Counted from the stretch's first letter, positions 51,233 to 63,764 are shown. The stretch: DNA of 64,000 nt from Escherichia coli (GCF_030013205.1 NZ_CP122648.1), one strand, 5' to 3'. The notes: a model not told the origin generated them from the letters alone. Made by a program: numbers and translations.

Positions 51233-52162
51233 TTACGCCGGCATCGCCTCACGCGGGATAATCGCGCCGCGATACTGAATAACGGTACTTGCGGTCAGGT
51301 GCCCGCGTTTCGCCGCGTTTTCCGCACTGCCGCCCGTCAAACGTACCGCCAGATAACCGGCACTGAAAGAGTCGCCAGCTGCGGTGGTATCGATCACTTT
51401 TTCTTTCGGCAGTTTCACCGCCGGAACATCCACTAACCCTTCGCCAGCAATGGACACCAGGCAAGAATCCGCCCCGCGTTTCACCACCACTTCTTTCACG
51501 CCCGCGTTATGGGTGCGCGCAATGACGTCTTCCACCGGCTGTTGACCCCACAGCGCGTCTTCGTCGTCCAGCGTCAGGAAGGCGATATCCGTGCATTCCA
51601 GCATTTGCTGGTACACCTGCTGTGTCTCTTCTTTGCTGGCCCACAGGCGCGGACGATAGTTATTGTCGAAAATCACTTTTCCGCCGTTGGCGCGGCATTC
51701 GCGCAGCAGAGAAAGCAGCTTTTCGCGGCTGGTCGGGCTTAAGATCGCCAGGCTAATCCCGCTCAGGTAGAGATAATCGAAATTCGCCAGCTCTTCGCAA
51801 ATCGCCGCAGACTGCTCGCTCTCCAGCCAGAATTTGGCGGCGGCTTCGTTACGCCAGTAGTAGAACGTACGTTCGCCGGTGCTGTCGGTTTCAATGTAGT
51901 AAAGGCCCGGCAGACGGTTTTCCATCCGTTGGGTCAGGGAAGTATCAACGTTCTCGCCGTGCCAGGCGTCCAGCATTTGCTGGCTAAAACTGTCCGTTCC
52001 CAGCGCCGTTACGTAATGAACGGTTAATGCCGCAGGATCGACCTGACGGGCGATATAGACGGAAGTGTTCAGGGTATCGCCGCCGAAACCGCGCTTAACG
52101 TCCGCGCCTTTCTCGGAAAGCTCAATCATGCATTCGCCAATCACGGCAATCTTTTTGGACAT
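51233..52162 (-). CDS. kdgK: 2-dehydro-3-deoxygluconokinase
   Basis: ORF-track 51233..52510 trimmed to MSKKIAVIGECMIEL (309 aa); PfkB-family sugar kinase. Confidence 0.93.
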   Translation of the reverse strand: MSKKIAVIGECMIELSEKGADVKRGFGGDTLNTSVYIARQVDPAALTVHYVTALGTDSFSQQMLDAWHGENVDTSLTQRMENRLPGLYYIETDSTGERTFYYWRNEAAAKFWLESEQSAAICEELANFDYLYLSGISLAILSPTSREKLLSLLRECRANGGKVIFDNNYRPRLWASKEETQQVYQQMLECTDIAFLTLDDEDALWGQQPVEDVIARTHNAGVKEVVVKRGADSCLVSIAGEGLVDVPAVKLPKEKVIDTTAAGDSFSAGYLAVRLTGGSAENAAKRGHLTASTVIQYRGAIIPREAMPA

Positions 52163-52393
52163 AGTCGTGAACCTGATCTGTAAAAAATTAGCGTTAGTTT
52201 GCGCTGTGGTGGTTTGCTGGTCAACCATATTAAAACAGTGTTCCATTATTTTTTTGAGCCAGAACGTATTCCTGAAAGATTCCGTTGTGGAGTGGGGAAA
52301 TTTACCCCGGCCAGGCGGTAAAGTTCTGCCCTTGCGCGCCGATAATCTTTGTCGAGTCCGGGCAGCATCACTTTTAAACACAGGACATCTTTG

Positions 52394-53161
52394 ATGATAA
52401 GGCAGGTTATCCAGCGAATAAGCAACCCTGAAGCAAGCATCGAGAGCTTGCAGGAACGGCGTTTTTGGTTGCAGTGTGAGCGTGCTTACACCTGGCAGCC
52501 GATCTATCAAACATGCGGACGGTTAATGGCCGTGGAGCTATTAACGGTGGTCACGCATCCCTTGAACCCTTCGCAACGCCTGCCGCCGGATCGCTATTTT
52601 ACTGAAATCACCGTCAGCCATCGGATGGAGGTTGTGAAAGAGCAGATTGATTTGCTGGCGCAAAAAGCCGACTTCTTTGTAGAGCACGACCTGCTGGCAT
52701 CGGTCAATATTGATGGCCCTACGCTCATCGCCCTGCGTCAGCAACCAAAAATCCTGCGCCAAATTGAGCGTCTTCCCTGGCTGCGTTTCGAACTGGTGGA
52801 ACACATCCGTCTGCCGAAAGATTCAACCTTTGCCTCGATGTGTGAATTTGGCCCGCTGTGGCTGGATGATTTTGGTACCGGGATGGCAAATTTCTCTGCG
52901 CTAAGTGAAGTGCGTTATGACTACATCAAAATCGCGCGAGAGCTGTTTGTGATGCTGCGTCAGTCGCCGGAAGGACGCACACTCTTTTCTCAGCTTTTAC
53001 ATCTCATGAATCGCTATTGTCGTGGGGTGATCGTCGAGGGCGTAGAAACGCCGGAAGAGTGGCGCGATGTACAGAACTCGCCCGCAATCGCCGCACAAGG
53101 CTGGTTTCTTTCACGCCCGGCACCGATAGAAACGCTGAATACGGCGGTTCTGGCGCTATAA
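52394..53161 (+). CDS. pdeH: c-di-GMP phosphodiesterase PdeH (EAL only)
   Basis: ORF-track 52349..53161 trimmed to MIRQVIQRIS (255 aa); EAL motifs. Confidence 0.9.
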   Translation: MIRQVIQRISNPEASIESLQERRFWLQCERAYTWQPIYQTCGRLMAVELLTVVTHPLNPSQRLPPDRYFTEITVSHRMEVVKEQIDLLAQKADFFVEHDLLASVNIDGPTLIALRQQPKILRQIERLPWLRFELVEHIRLPKDSTFASMCEFGPLWLDDFGTGMANFSALSEVRYDYIKIARELFVMLRQSPEGRTLFSQLLHLMNRYCRGVIVEGVETPEEWRDVQNSPAIAAQGWFLSRPAPIETLNTAVLAL

Positions 53162-53230
53162 GCTGCCTCATTTTCCGCCTGGCTGGACTATCTTTAGGAC
53201 TGGCACAGGAAGAATATGAGGAAGCGAACG

Positions 53231-55291
53231 ATGAGCAAGGCAGGCAAAATAACCGCTGCGATTTCAGGGGCTTTCTTGTTGTTGATTGTCGTGGCGATCA
53301 TTTTGATTGCAACTTTTGACTGGAATCGACTCAAACCGACCATCAACCAGAAAGTCTCTGCGGAGTTGAATCGTCCGTTCGCTATCCGTGGCGATCTGGG
53401 CGTGGTGTGGGAGCGACAAAAACAAGAAACTGGCTGGCGCAGCTGGGTGCCGTGGCCCCATATACACGCGGAAGACATCATTCTCGGCAACCCACCAGAT
53501 ATTCCCGAAGTCACAATGGTGCATTTGCCACGCGTAGAGGCAACGCTGGCCCCGTTGGCGCTGCTGACCAAAACGGTCTGGCTACCGTGGATCAAACTGG
53601 AAAAGCCCGACGCACGCCTGATTCGCCTCTCAGAAAAGAACAACAACTGGACATTTAATCTCGCCAGCGATGATAACAAAGACGCGAATGCAAAGCCGTC
53701 GGCATGGTCGTTTCGGCTGGATAATATTCTGTTCGATCAAGGGCGGATCGCCATTGATGACAAAATAAGCAAAGCGGATCTGGAAATTTTTGTCGATCCG
53801 TTAGGCAAGCCGCTGCCGTTCAGCGAAGTTACTGGATCGAAAGGTAAAGCGGATAAAGAAAAGGTGGGCGATTACGTTTTTGGCCTGAAGGCGCAGGGAC
53901 GTTATAACGGAGAGCCGCTCACTGGTACGGGAAAAATAGGCGGTATGCTGGCGCTGCGTGGCGAAGGGACGCCGTTTCCGGTACAGGCTGATTTCCGCTC
54001 TGGTAACACCCGTGTTGCTTTTGATGGCGTTGTGAATGACCCAATGAAGATGGGTGGTGTCGATTTACGGCTTAAATTTTCTGGCGATTCGCTGGGTGAT
54101 CTCTATGAACTGACGGGCGTTCTGCTGCCCGATACCCCGCCGTTTGAAACGGATGGTCGGCTGGTAGCGAAAATCGACACTGAAAAATCGTCGGTCTTTG
54201 ATTATCGCGGTTTTAATGGGCGAATTGGCGATAGCGATATCCACGGTTCTTTGGTCTACACCACCGGCAAGCCACGACCAAAACTGGAAGGTGATGTTGA
54301 GTCGCGGCAATTGCGGCTGGCGGACTTGGGACCGTTGATTGGCGTTGATTCCGGGAAAGGAGCTGAAAAGTCGAAACGGTCTGAACAGAAGAAGGGGGAA
54401 AAAAGCGTTCAGCCTGCGGGCAAAGTGCTGCCTTATGACCGCTTCGAAACCGATAAATGGGACGTCATGGATGCCGATGTTCGCTTCAAAGGGCGGCGCA
54501 TTGAGCATGGCAGTAGCCTGCCGATTAGCGATCTTTCTACTCATATCATCCTCAAAAATGCTGACCTGCGCCTGCAACCGCTGAAATTTGGCATGGCGGG
54601 CGGCAGCATTGCGGCGAATATTCATCTGGAAGGTGATAAAAAACCGATGCAAGGGCGGGCAGATATTCAGGCTCGTCGGCTGAAACTGAAAGAACTGATG
54701 CCCGATGTAGAACTGATGCAGAAGACGCTGGGGGAAATGAACGGTGACGCGGAACTACGCGGTAGCGGTAACTCGGTGGCGGCGCTTTTAGGCAACAGTA
54801 ACGGCAACCTGAAACTGTTGATGAATGACGGGCTGGTGAGCCGCAACCTGATGGAGATTGTCGGGCTGAATGTCGGTAACTACATTGTCGGTGCGATATT
54901 TGGTGACGATGAGGTGCGGGTGAACTGTGCGGCGGCGAATCTGGATATTGCCAACGGCGTGGCGCGTCCGCAGATTTTTGCTTTTGATACTGAGAATGCG
55001 TTGATCAATGTTACCGGCACGGCAAGTTTTGCTTCGGAGCAACTGGATTTGACTATCGATCCAGAAAGTAAAGGGATTCGGATTATCACGCTGCGTTCGC
55101 CGCTGTATGTGCGTGGGACATTTAAAAATCCGCAGGCTGGGGTGAAAGCCGGGCCGTTGATTGCCCGTGGTGCTGTTGCGGCGGCACTGGCAACGCTGGT
55201 TACGCCAGCGGCGGCGTTACTGGCGCTGATCTCACCTTCCGAAGGGGAGGCTAATCAGTGTCGGACGATATTGTCGCAGATGAAGAAGTGA
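53231..55291 (+). CDS. yhjG: AsmA-family protein YhjG
   Basis: ORF-track 53216..55291 trimmed to MSKAGKITAA (686 aa); N-terminal TM anchor. Confidence 0.88.
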   Translation: MSKAGKITAAISGAFLLLIVVAIILIATFDWNRLKPTINQKVSAELNRPFAIRGDLGVVWERQKQETGWRSWVPWPHIHAEDIILGNPPDIPEVTMVHLPRVEATLAPLALLTKTVWLPWIKLEKPDARLIRLSEKNNNWTFNLASDDNKDANAKPSAWSFRLDNILFDQGRIAIDDKISKADLEIFVDPLGKPLPFSEVTGSKGKADKEKVGDYVFGLKAQGRYNGEPLTGTGKIGGMLALRGEGTPFPVQADFRSGNTRVAFDGVVNDPMKMGGVDLRLKFSGDSLGDLYELTGVLLPDTPPFETDGRLVAKIDTEKSSVFDYRGFNGRIGDSDIHGSLVYTTGKPRPKLEGDVESRQLRLADLGPLIGVDSGKGAEKSKRSEQKKGEKSVQPAGKVLPYDRFETDKWDVMDADVRFKGRRIEHGSSLPISDLSTHIILKNADLRLQPLKFGMAGGSIAANIHLEGDKKPMQGRADIQARRLKLKELMPDVELMQKTLGEMNGDAELRGSGNSVAALLGNSNGNLKLLMNDGLVSRNLMEIVGLNVGNYIVGAIFGDDEVRVNCAAANLDIANGVARPQIFAFDTENALINVTGTASFASEQLDLTIDPESKGIRIITLRSPLYVRGTFKNPQAGVKAGPLIARGAVAAALATLVTPAAALLALISPSEGEANQCRTILSQMKK

Positions 55292-55321
55292 TGAGGTTGG
55301 ATTGTGTTTGCTGGTGAGTTC

Positions 55322-55456
55322 GGGAGCAGCGTGCTCCCCTCACCCTAACCCTCTCCCCAAAGGGGCGAGGGGACTGTTTTGTGCGTGTTGAAACAACGAG
55401 TACCGCTTTTCCGTTCACTTTCTGGGTAGAGGGCCGGGGTGAGGGTGGCAGCCCGC
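55322..55456. repeat. GC-rich intergenic repeat (BoxC-like) with flanking hairpin
   Basis: cccctcaccctaaccctctccccaaaggggcgagggg at ~55336..55373 and partial inverted copy gggccggggtgagggtgg; family member repeated at 57102. Confidence 0.5.
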
Positions 55457-55463
55457 ACGATAC

Positions 55464-56786
55464 TTACAACGACTGATGTCGCGTCTCATGGGTCAGCAGC
55501 AGGGCGATTAACGTCAAGCCAGCCATCGCCGCCAGATATAACCCCACCGCACCTAACCCGTAGTTAGTCTGCAACCAGGCTGCGATATACGGCGCAACGG
55601 AAGCCCCGAGAATCGACGCTACGTTGTAAGAGAACGATGCTCCGGTGTAACGCACTTCTGTCGGGAACAGCTCTGGTAACAGCGCGCCCATCGGCCCGAA
55701 GGTCAGTCCCATCAGACTTAACCCCAGCAGCAGGAAGGCAAAAACCAGAATCGGGTTGCCAGAACCGAGTAGCGGGTTAAAGGCGAACAGCGCGAACAGG
55801 ATGATCAGCGTGGTGATGATTACCATGCTTTTACGGCGACCAAAGGCATCAGCCAGTAATCCGGCGACTGGTACCATCACGCCAAAACCAATCACTGCCA
55901 TCATCAGCATCCACAACACTTCGTTACGCGGCAGGCCAAGCCCAACTGGCGCGGCGGCGGTACTAAAGGTCATAGAGTAGACCGTCATGATGTAAAACAG
56001 CGTATAGGTTGCCAGCATGATGAAGGTACCGAGCACCGTGACGCGTACGTGTTTGGTCAGCAGCGTACCCAGCGGGATCTTCACCTGCTTTTTCGCTTTA
56101 GCGACTTTCTCAAACACCGGCGACTCATGCAGCGACACGCGAACATACAGGCCGATAATGACCAGCACCGCCGAGAAGATAAACGGCACACGCCAGCCCC
56201 AGCTCATAAACTGCTCGTCGGTCAGTAGCCAGGAAAGCAGCAAGAAAGTGCCGTTGGCAAAGAAGAAGCCAATCGGTGCGCCCAGCTGCGGGAAGGAGCC
56301 ATACAGTGCACGTTTGCGCGGTGGGGCGTTTTCAGTCGCCAGCAGCGCCGCGCCGCCCCATTCACCGCCTAAGCCCAGACCCTGACCAAATCGAGCCAGC
56401 GCCAGCAGCAGCGGGGCGAAAATACCAATCGTGGCATAGCCCGGCAGCAGACCAATCACCACGGTCGAAATCCCCATCGTTAGCAACGAGGCGACCAGCG
56501 TCGCTTTACGCCCAACGCGATCGCCAAAATGACCAAAAACGGCAGAGCCAATGGGGCGCGCGACGAAGGCGATGGCGAAGGTGGCGAGCGACTGGAGCGT
56601 TGCTGCCGTAGGATCGCCCTGCGGGAAGAAGATATGCGGAAACACAATAACGGCCGCAGTGGCGTAAATGTAAAAGTCGAAAAACTCAATGGCCGTGCCA
56701 ATGAGAGAGGCGACAAGGACTTTATTACGCGAGTTGATCGGCGTGTATTCTTGCTCGTGGTCGAGTGTTGTGGCTGTTGCTTGCAT
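55464..56786 (-). CDS. yhjE: MFS transporter YhjE
   Basis: 440 aa, 12 TM. Confidence 0.9.
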   Translation of the reverse strand: MQATATTLDHEQEYTPINSRNKVLVASLIGTAIEFFDFYIYATAAVIVFPHIFFPQGDPTAATLQSLATFAIAFVARPIGSAVFGHFGDRVGRKATLVASLLTMGISTVVIGLLPGYATIGIFAPLLLALARFGQGLGLGGEWGGAALLATENAPPRKRALYGSFPQLGAPIGFFFANGTFLLLSWLLTDEQFMSWGWRVPFIFSAVLVIIGLYVRVSLHESPVFEKVAKAKKQVKIPLGTLLTKHVRVTVLGTFIMLATYTLFYIMTVYSMTFSTAAAPVGLGLPRNEVLWMLMMAVIGFGVMVPVAGLLADAFGRRKSMVIITTLIILFALFAFNPLLGSGNPILVFAFLLLGLSLMGLTFGPMGALLPELFPTEVRYTGASFSYNVASILGASVAPYIAAWLQTNYGLGAVGLYLAAMAGLTLIALLLTHETRHQSL

Positions 56787-57101
56787 AATCTTTTCTTATT
56801 TTTTGGCTAACGAATAGCCATATTACGCACAGCAAAAGTGATATTTCAATGTGTAACAAATCGCGGAAATGGTCAAAAACCAGGCAAAAAGGGGATAATG
56901 TTTAGGCCAGTGATTTTTCTTCTATGAAATGCTTCACATAATTTTATAAATAGTGGATAAAACTGGTTTCAGGTTAAATAAAAGTTACCAACTGGATTTA
57001 TATGCTGGGGTTATGAGTTGGCATGAAATTGTTTGCTCCTGAAGAGATGTAGTTTCAGGTGGTTATGTGCATGTCATTGCCTGGCCTCTGGCTGGCTTGT
57101 T

Positions 57102-57140
57102 CCCCCTCACCCTAACCCTCTTCCCGAAGGGGCGAGGGGA
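57102..57140. repeat. Second copy of BoxC-like GC-rich repeat
   Basis: ccccctcaccctaaccctcttcccgaaggggcgagggga. Confidence 0.5.
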
Positions 57141-57177
57141 TCGACCGTGCGTTTATCAGGCATTATAAACCAATGAA

Positions 57178-58191
57178 TTACCGCTGCGTTTTCCCCGGCA
57201 TTCGCGGGTCGTCTTTATATTCGGCGGTGGCAATCCACGCCGCGCAAAACAGCGTCAAACGGGCGAAGAAGTAGAAAAACGCCATCAGCCCCAGCACGGA
57301 ACCAAATGCTGCGCCAGAGGGGGATTTCATCAGCGATGGCAGGGTGTAGGTCATCACGATTTTAATCACTTCAAAACCAATCGCAGCCAGAAATGTTCCA
57401 CGAATCAGGGCTTTTTTGCGCGGACGGTGGCGCGGCAACCGCCAGAAGATCCAGAAGAAAAGCAGATAGTTGGCGAAGATGGAAATCGCCAGGCCAATCA
57501 ACCGCCAAGTCGGTTTCAGCCACTCAATGCTGTTCAGGTGCAGGGCGCTAATAATCATTTGCTGCGCCGAACCGGCAACCGAGGTGATCGAAAGCGTCAC
57601 AATCAGCGCAATCAACAAACCAATCAGCGAAATAAAATCACGCAGATATTTTACCCAGAACTTCTCCTGATCTTGCGGCGAGCGTTCCCAGACATCGCGC
57701 GACTGGGCGCGAATCGCTTCACGCAGGTTACCCATCCAGTTGATGCCGGAATAAAGCGCCACCGCCAGGCCGACAAGCCCTACAGTCGTACGCTGCTGAA
57801 CGGCGGTGTTGATGGTGTTTTTCAACGTGGCGGCTAGCGTCGGATCGCTGATGTTTTGCAGAATTTTGTCGAAGATATCCTGTAGCAACATCGGATGGGA
57901 GGCCAGCACAAAGCCCCCTGCGGCAAACGACACCATCAAAATCGGGATCATCGACAAAAATGAGAAATAGGTGATAGCCGCACCAAACTGGTTACCCAGC
58001 CGATCGTTAAAGCGCTCTGTTGCGCGAATCAGGTGCGCAATAACCGGTTGGCGTTGGACTTTTTCGGCAGTGGTGGTGACGGTTTCCAGCGCCTGGCTAA
58101 CTTTGCCGCCTTTCTCGCTATTATCCAACTGCTTAATCGGCTCGTGCTCCAGATCCTGGGTGGGACGTTTGATCTCGTTTTCCTGCGTCAT
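57178..58191 (-). CDS. yhjD: Inner membrane protein YhjD
   Basis: 337 aa. Confidence 0.88.
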   Translation of the reverse strand: MTQENEIKRPTQDLEHEPIKQLDNSEKGGKVSQALETVTTTAEKVQRQPVIAHLIRATERFNDRLGNQFGAAITYFSFLSMIPILMVSFAAGGFVLASHPMLLQDIFDKILQNISDPTLAATLKNTINTAVQQRTTVGLVGLAVALYSGINWMGNLREAIRAQSRDVWERSPQDQEKFWVKYLRDFISLIGLLIALIVTLSITSVAGSAQQMIISALHLNSIEWLKPTWRLIGLAISIFANYLLFFWIFWRLPRHRPRKKALIRGTFLAAIGFEVIKIVMTYTLPSLMKSPSGAAFGSVLGLMAFFYFFARLTLFCAAWIATAEYKDDPRMPGKTQR

Positions 58192-58239
58192 CCGCTCTTT
58201 TGTCCTTCTGTCGTGGTCATTCTTAAAAAGTATAGTCGG

Positions 58240-59139
58240 TCAGTCCAGGTGCTCTTTCATTACGCCAGCCAGCCACTGCATAAACAGGTTTACACGCCGG
58301 GAAAGCTCCCGACGCTGCGGATAAACCAGCGAAAGGGAGAGCGGCTCGGCACGGTAGCCAGGTAATACTTCAATAAGCCTCCCGGCACGCAGGGCTTCGC
58401 GCACGGCAATGCGCGGGATCTGAATAATCCCCAGACCGGCAAGACCGGCGGCGAGATAGTTTTCGCGACTGTTTACCGTCAACATGCCGCCAGACTTAAA
58501 CCACTGGACGCCATTAACGCTGGCAACCTCAAAACCTAACGGATGTACACCCAGGTGCGGTGTGTAGCGCACTATTGCGTGCGAAGTCAGATCGTCGGGG
58601 CTTTGAGGATAACCAAAGCGCGTCAGATAGTGCGGACTGGCACAGTTGACCATGGTCAGTTTGCCGAGGGGACGGGCGATAACGCCATTTTCCGGTAACG
58701 CGCCAGTGCGTATCACGCAATCAAAACCATCGTGAAGAATATCTACCGGACGGTCATGGCTACTCAGCTCCAGCTCAATTCCCGGATGCAGATAGATAAA
58801 TTCCGACAGGCGCGGCAGTAACAGGCTTTTCGCGATTCCTGGCGGGATGTCGATGCGTAATTTACCGCTGATACTGGTGGCATCCTGTTGAAACAGACCG
58901 TCCAGTTCGCTGAGATTACTCAACACATCTTTTGCCCGTTGATAATAGGTCATGCCTTCTGGCGTGAGTTTGACCCGTCGCGTAGTGCGCTGGAGAAGCT
59001 GGGTGCCAAGTTGATGTTCCAGTGCCTGTATCTGGCGCGAAACACTTCCCTTTGGCAAAGCAAAGAAATCCGCCGCGCGGGAAAAACTTTCCAGCTCCGC
59101 GACTTTGATGAACAACTGCATTGCGTGAATTTTATCCAT
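58240..59139 (-). CDS. yhjC: LysR-family transcriptional regulator YhjC
   Basis: ORF-track 58240..59211 trimmed to MDKIHAMQLF (299 aa); N-terminal LysR HTH. Confidence 0.88.
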   Translation of the reverse strand: MDKIHAMQLFIKVAELESFSRAADFFALPKGSVSRQIQALEHQLGTQLLQRTTRRVKLTPEGMTYYQRAKDVLSNLSELDGLFQQDATSISGKLRIDIPPGIAKSLLLPRLSEFIYLHPGIELELSSHDRPVDILHDGFDCVIRTGALPENGVIARPLGKLTMVNCASPHYLTRFGYPQSPDDLTSHAIVRYTPHLGVHPLGFEVASVNGVQWFKSGGMLTVNSRENYLAAGLAGLGIIQIPRIAVREALRAGRLIEVLPGYRAEPLSLSLVYPQRRELSRRVNLFMQWLAGVMKEHLD

Positions 59140-59659
59140 TTCTTTGACCGATTGTTGTTCACAGCGAAACAGTAACGCGCATATCGCATTGTTTATTGTT
59201 TTTTCTAACATCTAATGCCGGGTTTCACAATGTTGTCATGACGAATGTGGCGATTTCTCAGCAGGAAAAGGGCGGAATAGCTTTATGAGAAAGGTGAATT
59301 TCCCTAAACAGAGCGTTTTTTTTCAGCGATTCCCTTTAAAGTGAACAGAGGACGTGTTGGCTATTTGTGCTTATTTTTGTCTCATTGCCATTTGTTATTT
59401 TTGCTTGTGGTCGCGGAGTTTCATTTTTAATTGCATGCGTACTAACCATCAATATAAGGAAATCCTCAAAATTGTTTTAAATAGTGCCCTCGACATGTAA
59501 TTTTAGGCGTTTAGCTGTAACGATTTATATCGGCAACTATTTTCTACGCGTCATCTCTGTAGAATGGCCACCGCCAAATGGCGAATTCTTATTTTTTCTC
59601 GCGGGTAATACCCTTCCACTACTTAAGTCTTTTTAACGTATTCAGGTGGAGATTCAGTT

Positions 59660-60262
59660 ATGCAAATAGTCATGTTTGACAGGCAGTCAATATTTATTCA
59701 TGGAATGAAAATCAGTTTACAGCAGCGTATTCCAGGAGTGAGTATTCAGGGGGCCGGTCAGGCAGACGAGTTATGGCAGAAGCTGGAAAGTTACCCTGAA
59801 GCCTTAGTGATGCTCGATGGCGATCAGGATGGTGAGTTTTGTTACTGGTTGCTGCAAAAAACCGTGGTGCAATTTCCTGAGGTTAAGGTGTTAATTACGG
59901 CGACGGATTGCAATAAACGGTGGTTACAGGAAGTTATCCATTTTAATGTGCTGGCCATTGTGCCTCGTGGTTCAACCGTTGAGACATTTGCGTTGGCGGT
60001 AAATAGTGCGGCGATGGGGATGATGTTTCTGCCTGGAGACTGGCGAACGACGCCGGAAAAGGACATTAAAGATCTTAGATCGTTAAGCGCCCGCCAGCGG
60101 GAGATTTTAACCATGTTAGCGGCGGGCGAATCAAATAAAGAGATCGGCAGGGCGCTGAATATCAGTACCGGAACGGTAAAAGCGCATCTGGAATCACTGT
60201 ATCGCCGTCTGGAAGTGAAAAATCGCACCCAGGCGGCAATGATGTTAAATATCTCCTCCTGA
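59660..60262 (+). CDS. yhjB: LuxR/FixJ-type regulator YhjB
   Basis: 200 aa; C-terminal LuxR HTH (EILTMLAAGESNKEIGRALNISTGTVKAH). Confidence 0.88.
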   Translation: MQIVMFDRQSIFIHGMKISLQQRIPGVSIQGAGQADELWQKLESYPEALVMLDGDQDGEFCYWLLQKTVVQFPEVKVLITATDCNKRWLQEVIHFNVLAIVPRGSTVETFALAVNSAAMGMMFLPGDWRTTPEKDIKDLRSLSARQREILTMLAAGESNKEIGRALNISTGTVKAHLESLYRRLEVKNRTQAAMMLNISS

Positions 60263-60312
60263 AGAGGATAATTTTACAGCCAGCAGGAAGTTAGCGGCTG
60301 GCTGTAAAAATA

Positions 60313-61992
<1,680 letters not shown>

Positions 61993-62245
61993 TTATAGGG
62001 CTTTTCTTTAAGGGTAGTCATTCGCTCCGCCTGGTGGGCGACAAACCGTGCGGTGGATCACGTTTATTAACTTGTCAAAAAATATAACGCACTAATATCA
62101 ATGGAATTTATAAAAATACGGATTTCGTGTTGTTTTTCATTTTCAGAACATTCAATCCTGCTCTCGCCGCAATCATGATATGCCATTCCTGATCTGGGTA
62201 ATAGGCACAGGCTATCTTATTGATAGTTTATATTCATGTAATTGA

Positions 62246-62259
62246 TTGATTCCTATCAA
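62246..62259 (+). promoter_or_regulatory. Candidate FNR box TTGAT-TCCT-ATCAA in the yhjA promoter
   Basis: Perfect FNR half-sites with 4-bp spacer about 110 bp upstream of the yhjA start; yhjA is reported as FNR/OxyR-activated. Confidence 0.45.
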
Positions 62260-62366
62260 AAAGCGTATTTCCCTGTTTTTTATGATGGCTTTGTCTCGCA
62301 GAGACGTTTGCAGCATTCTGGAAAATTTTCTGGGTCACAATAACTCACCACCGTGAGGGAAGAATA

Positions 62367-63764
62367 ATGAAAATGGTCTCACGTATTACCGCGATCGGCC
62401 TGGCTGGCGTCGCGATTTGCTATTTAGGGTTATCTGGTTATGTGTGGTACCACGATAATAAACGCAGTAAACAGGCTGATGTTCAGGCATCTGCTGTCAG
62501 TGAAAATAATAAGGTTTTAGGCTTTCTCCGCGAAAAAGGATGCGACTATTGCCACACGCCTTCGGCAGAATTACCCGCCTATTATTATATTCCTGGCGCG
62601 AAACAGTTGATGGATTACGACATTAAGCTTGGATATAAATCTTTTAACCTCGAGGCCGTGCGTGCGGCTCTGCTGGCTGATAAACCCGTTTCGCAAAGCG
62701 ATCTGAATAAGATTGAATGGGTGATGCAGTATGAAACCATGCCACCAACGCGTTATACCGCGCTACACTGGGCGGGTAAGGTGAGTGATGAAGAGCGGGC
62801 GGAAATACTCGCCTGGATTGCAAAACAGCGCGCGGAATATTACGCCAGCAATGACACTGCACCGGATCATCGTAATGAACCGGTGCAGCCCATCCCGCAA
62901 AAACTGCCTACCGATGCGCAAAAAGTGGCGTTGGGCTTTGCGCTGTATCACGATCCCCGTTTATCGGCGGATAGCACCATTTCATGCGCTCATTGCCATG
63001 CGTTGAATGCGGGGGGCGTCGATGGCAGAAAAACATCGATTGGTGTTGGTGGCGCAGTGGGGCCGATTAACGCGCCGACGGTATTTAACTCAGTATTTAA
63101 CGTTGAGCAGTTCTGGGATGGTCGTGCGGCAACATTGCAGGATCAGGCTGGTGGACCGCCGTTGAATCCGATTGAAATGGCGTCGAAATCCTGGGACGAA
63201 ATTATTTCTAAGCTGGAAAAAGATCCGCAGCTTAAAGCGCAGTTCCTCGAAGTCTATCCGCAAGGTTTCAGTGGCGAAAATATTACTGATGCCATTGCTG
63301 AATTTGAGAAAACATTAATTACGCCGGATTCCCCATTTGATAAATGGTTGCGTGGAGATGAGAATGCGCTGACGGCACAACAGAAAAAAGGCTATCAATT
63401 ATTTAAAGATAATAAATGTGCAACTTGTCATGGTGGTATTATTCTCGGCGGACGTTCCTTCGAACCGTTGGGGCTGAAAAAAGACTTTAACTTTGGTGAA
63501 ATTACGGCGGCGGATATTGGTCGTATGAATGTTACTAAAGAAGAGCGCGATAAATTGCGTCAGAAAGTACCCGGTTTACGTAACGTTGCACTAACGGCAC
63601 CGTACTTCCATCGCGGTGATGTGCCGACGCTGGACGGGGCGGTGAAACTGATGTTGCGCTATCAGGTAGGCAAAGAGCTGCCGCAGGAGGATGTGGATGA
63701 TATCGTAGCTTTCCTGCACAGTCTGAACGGGGTTTACACGCCGTATATGCAGGATAAACAATAA
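62367..63764 (+). CDS. yhjA: Di-/tri-heme cytochrome c peroxidase YhjA
   Basis: 465 aa; heme-binding CxxCH motifs (CDYCH, CAHCH, CATCH). Confidence 0.93.
   Translation: MKMVSRITAIGLAGVAICYLGLSGYVWYHDNKRSKQADVQASAVSENNKVLGFLREKGCDYCHTPSAELPAYYYIPGAKQLMDYDIKLGYKSFNLEAVRAALLADKPVSQSDLNKIEWVMQYETMPPTRYTALHWAGKVSDEERAEILAWIAKQRAEYYASNDTAPDHRNEPVQPIPQKLPTDAQKVALGFALYHDPRLSADSTISCAHCHALNAGGVDGRKTSIGVGGAVGPINAPTVFNSVFNVEQFWDGRAATLQDQAGGPPLNPIEMASKSWDEIISKLEKDPQLKAQFLEVYPQGFSGENITDAIAEFEKTLITPDSPFDKWLRGDENALTAQQKKGYQLFKDNKCATCHGGIILGGRSFEPLGLKKDFNFGEITAADIGRMNVTKEERDKLRQKVPGLRNVALTAPYFHRGDVPTLDGAVKLMLRYQVGKELPQEDVDDIVAFLHSLNGVYTPYMQDKQ

Noticed and set aside
60272-60306. Hairpin acagccagc...gctggctgt between yhjB and treF considered as a bidirectional terminator
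   Set aside because: No convincing U-tract on either strand directly after the stem; left unannotated.
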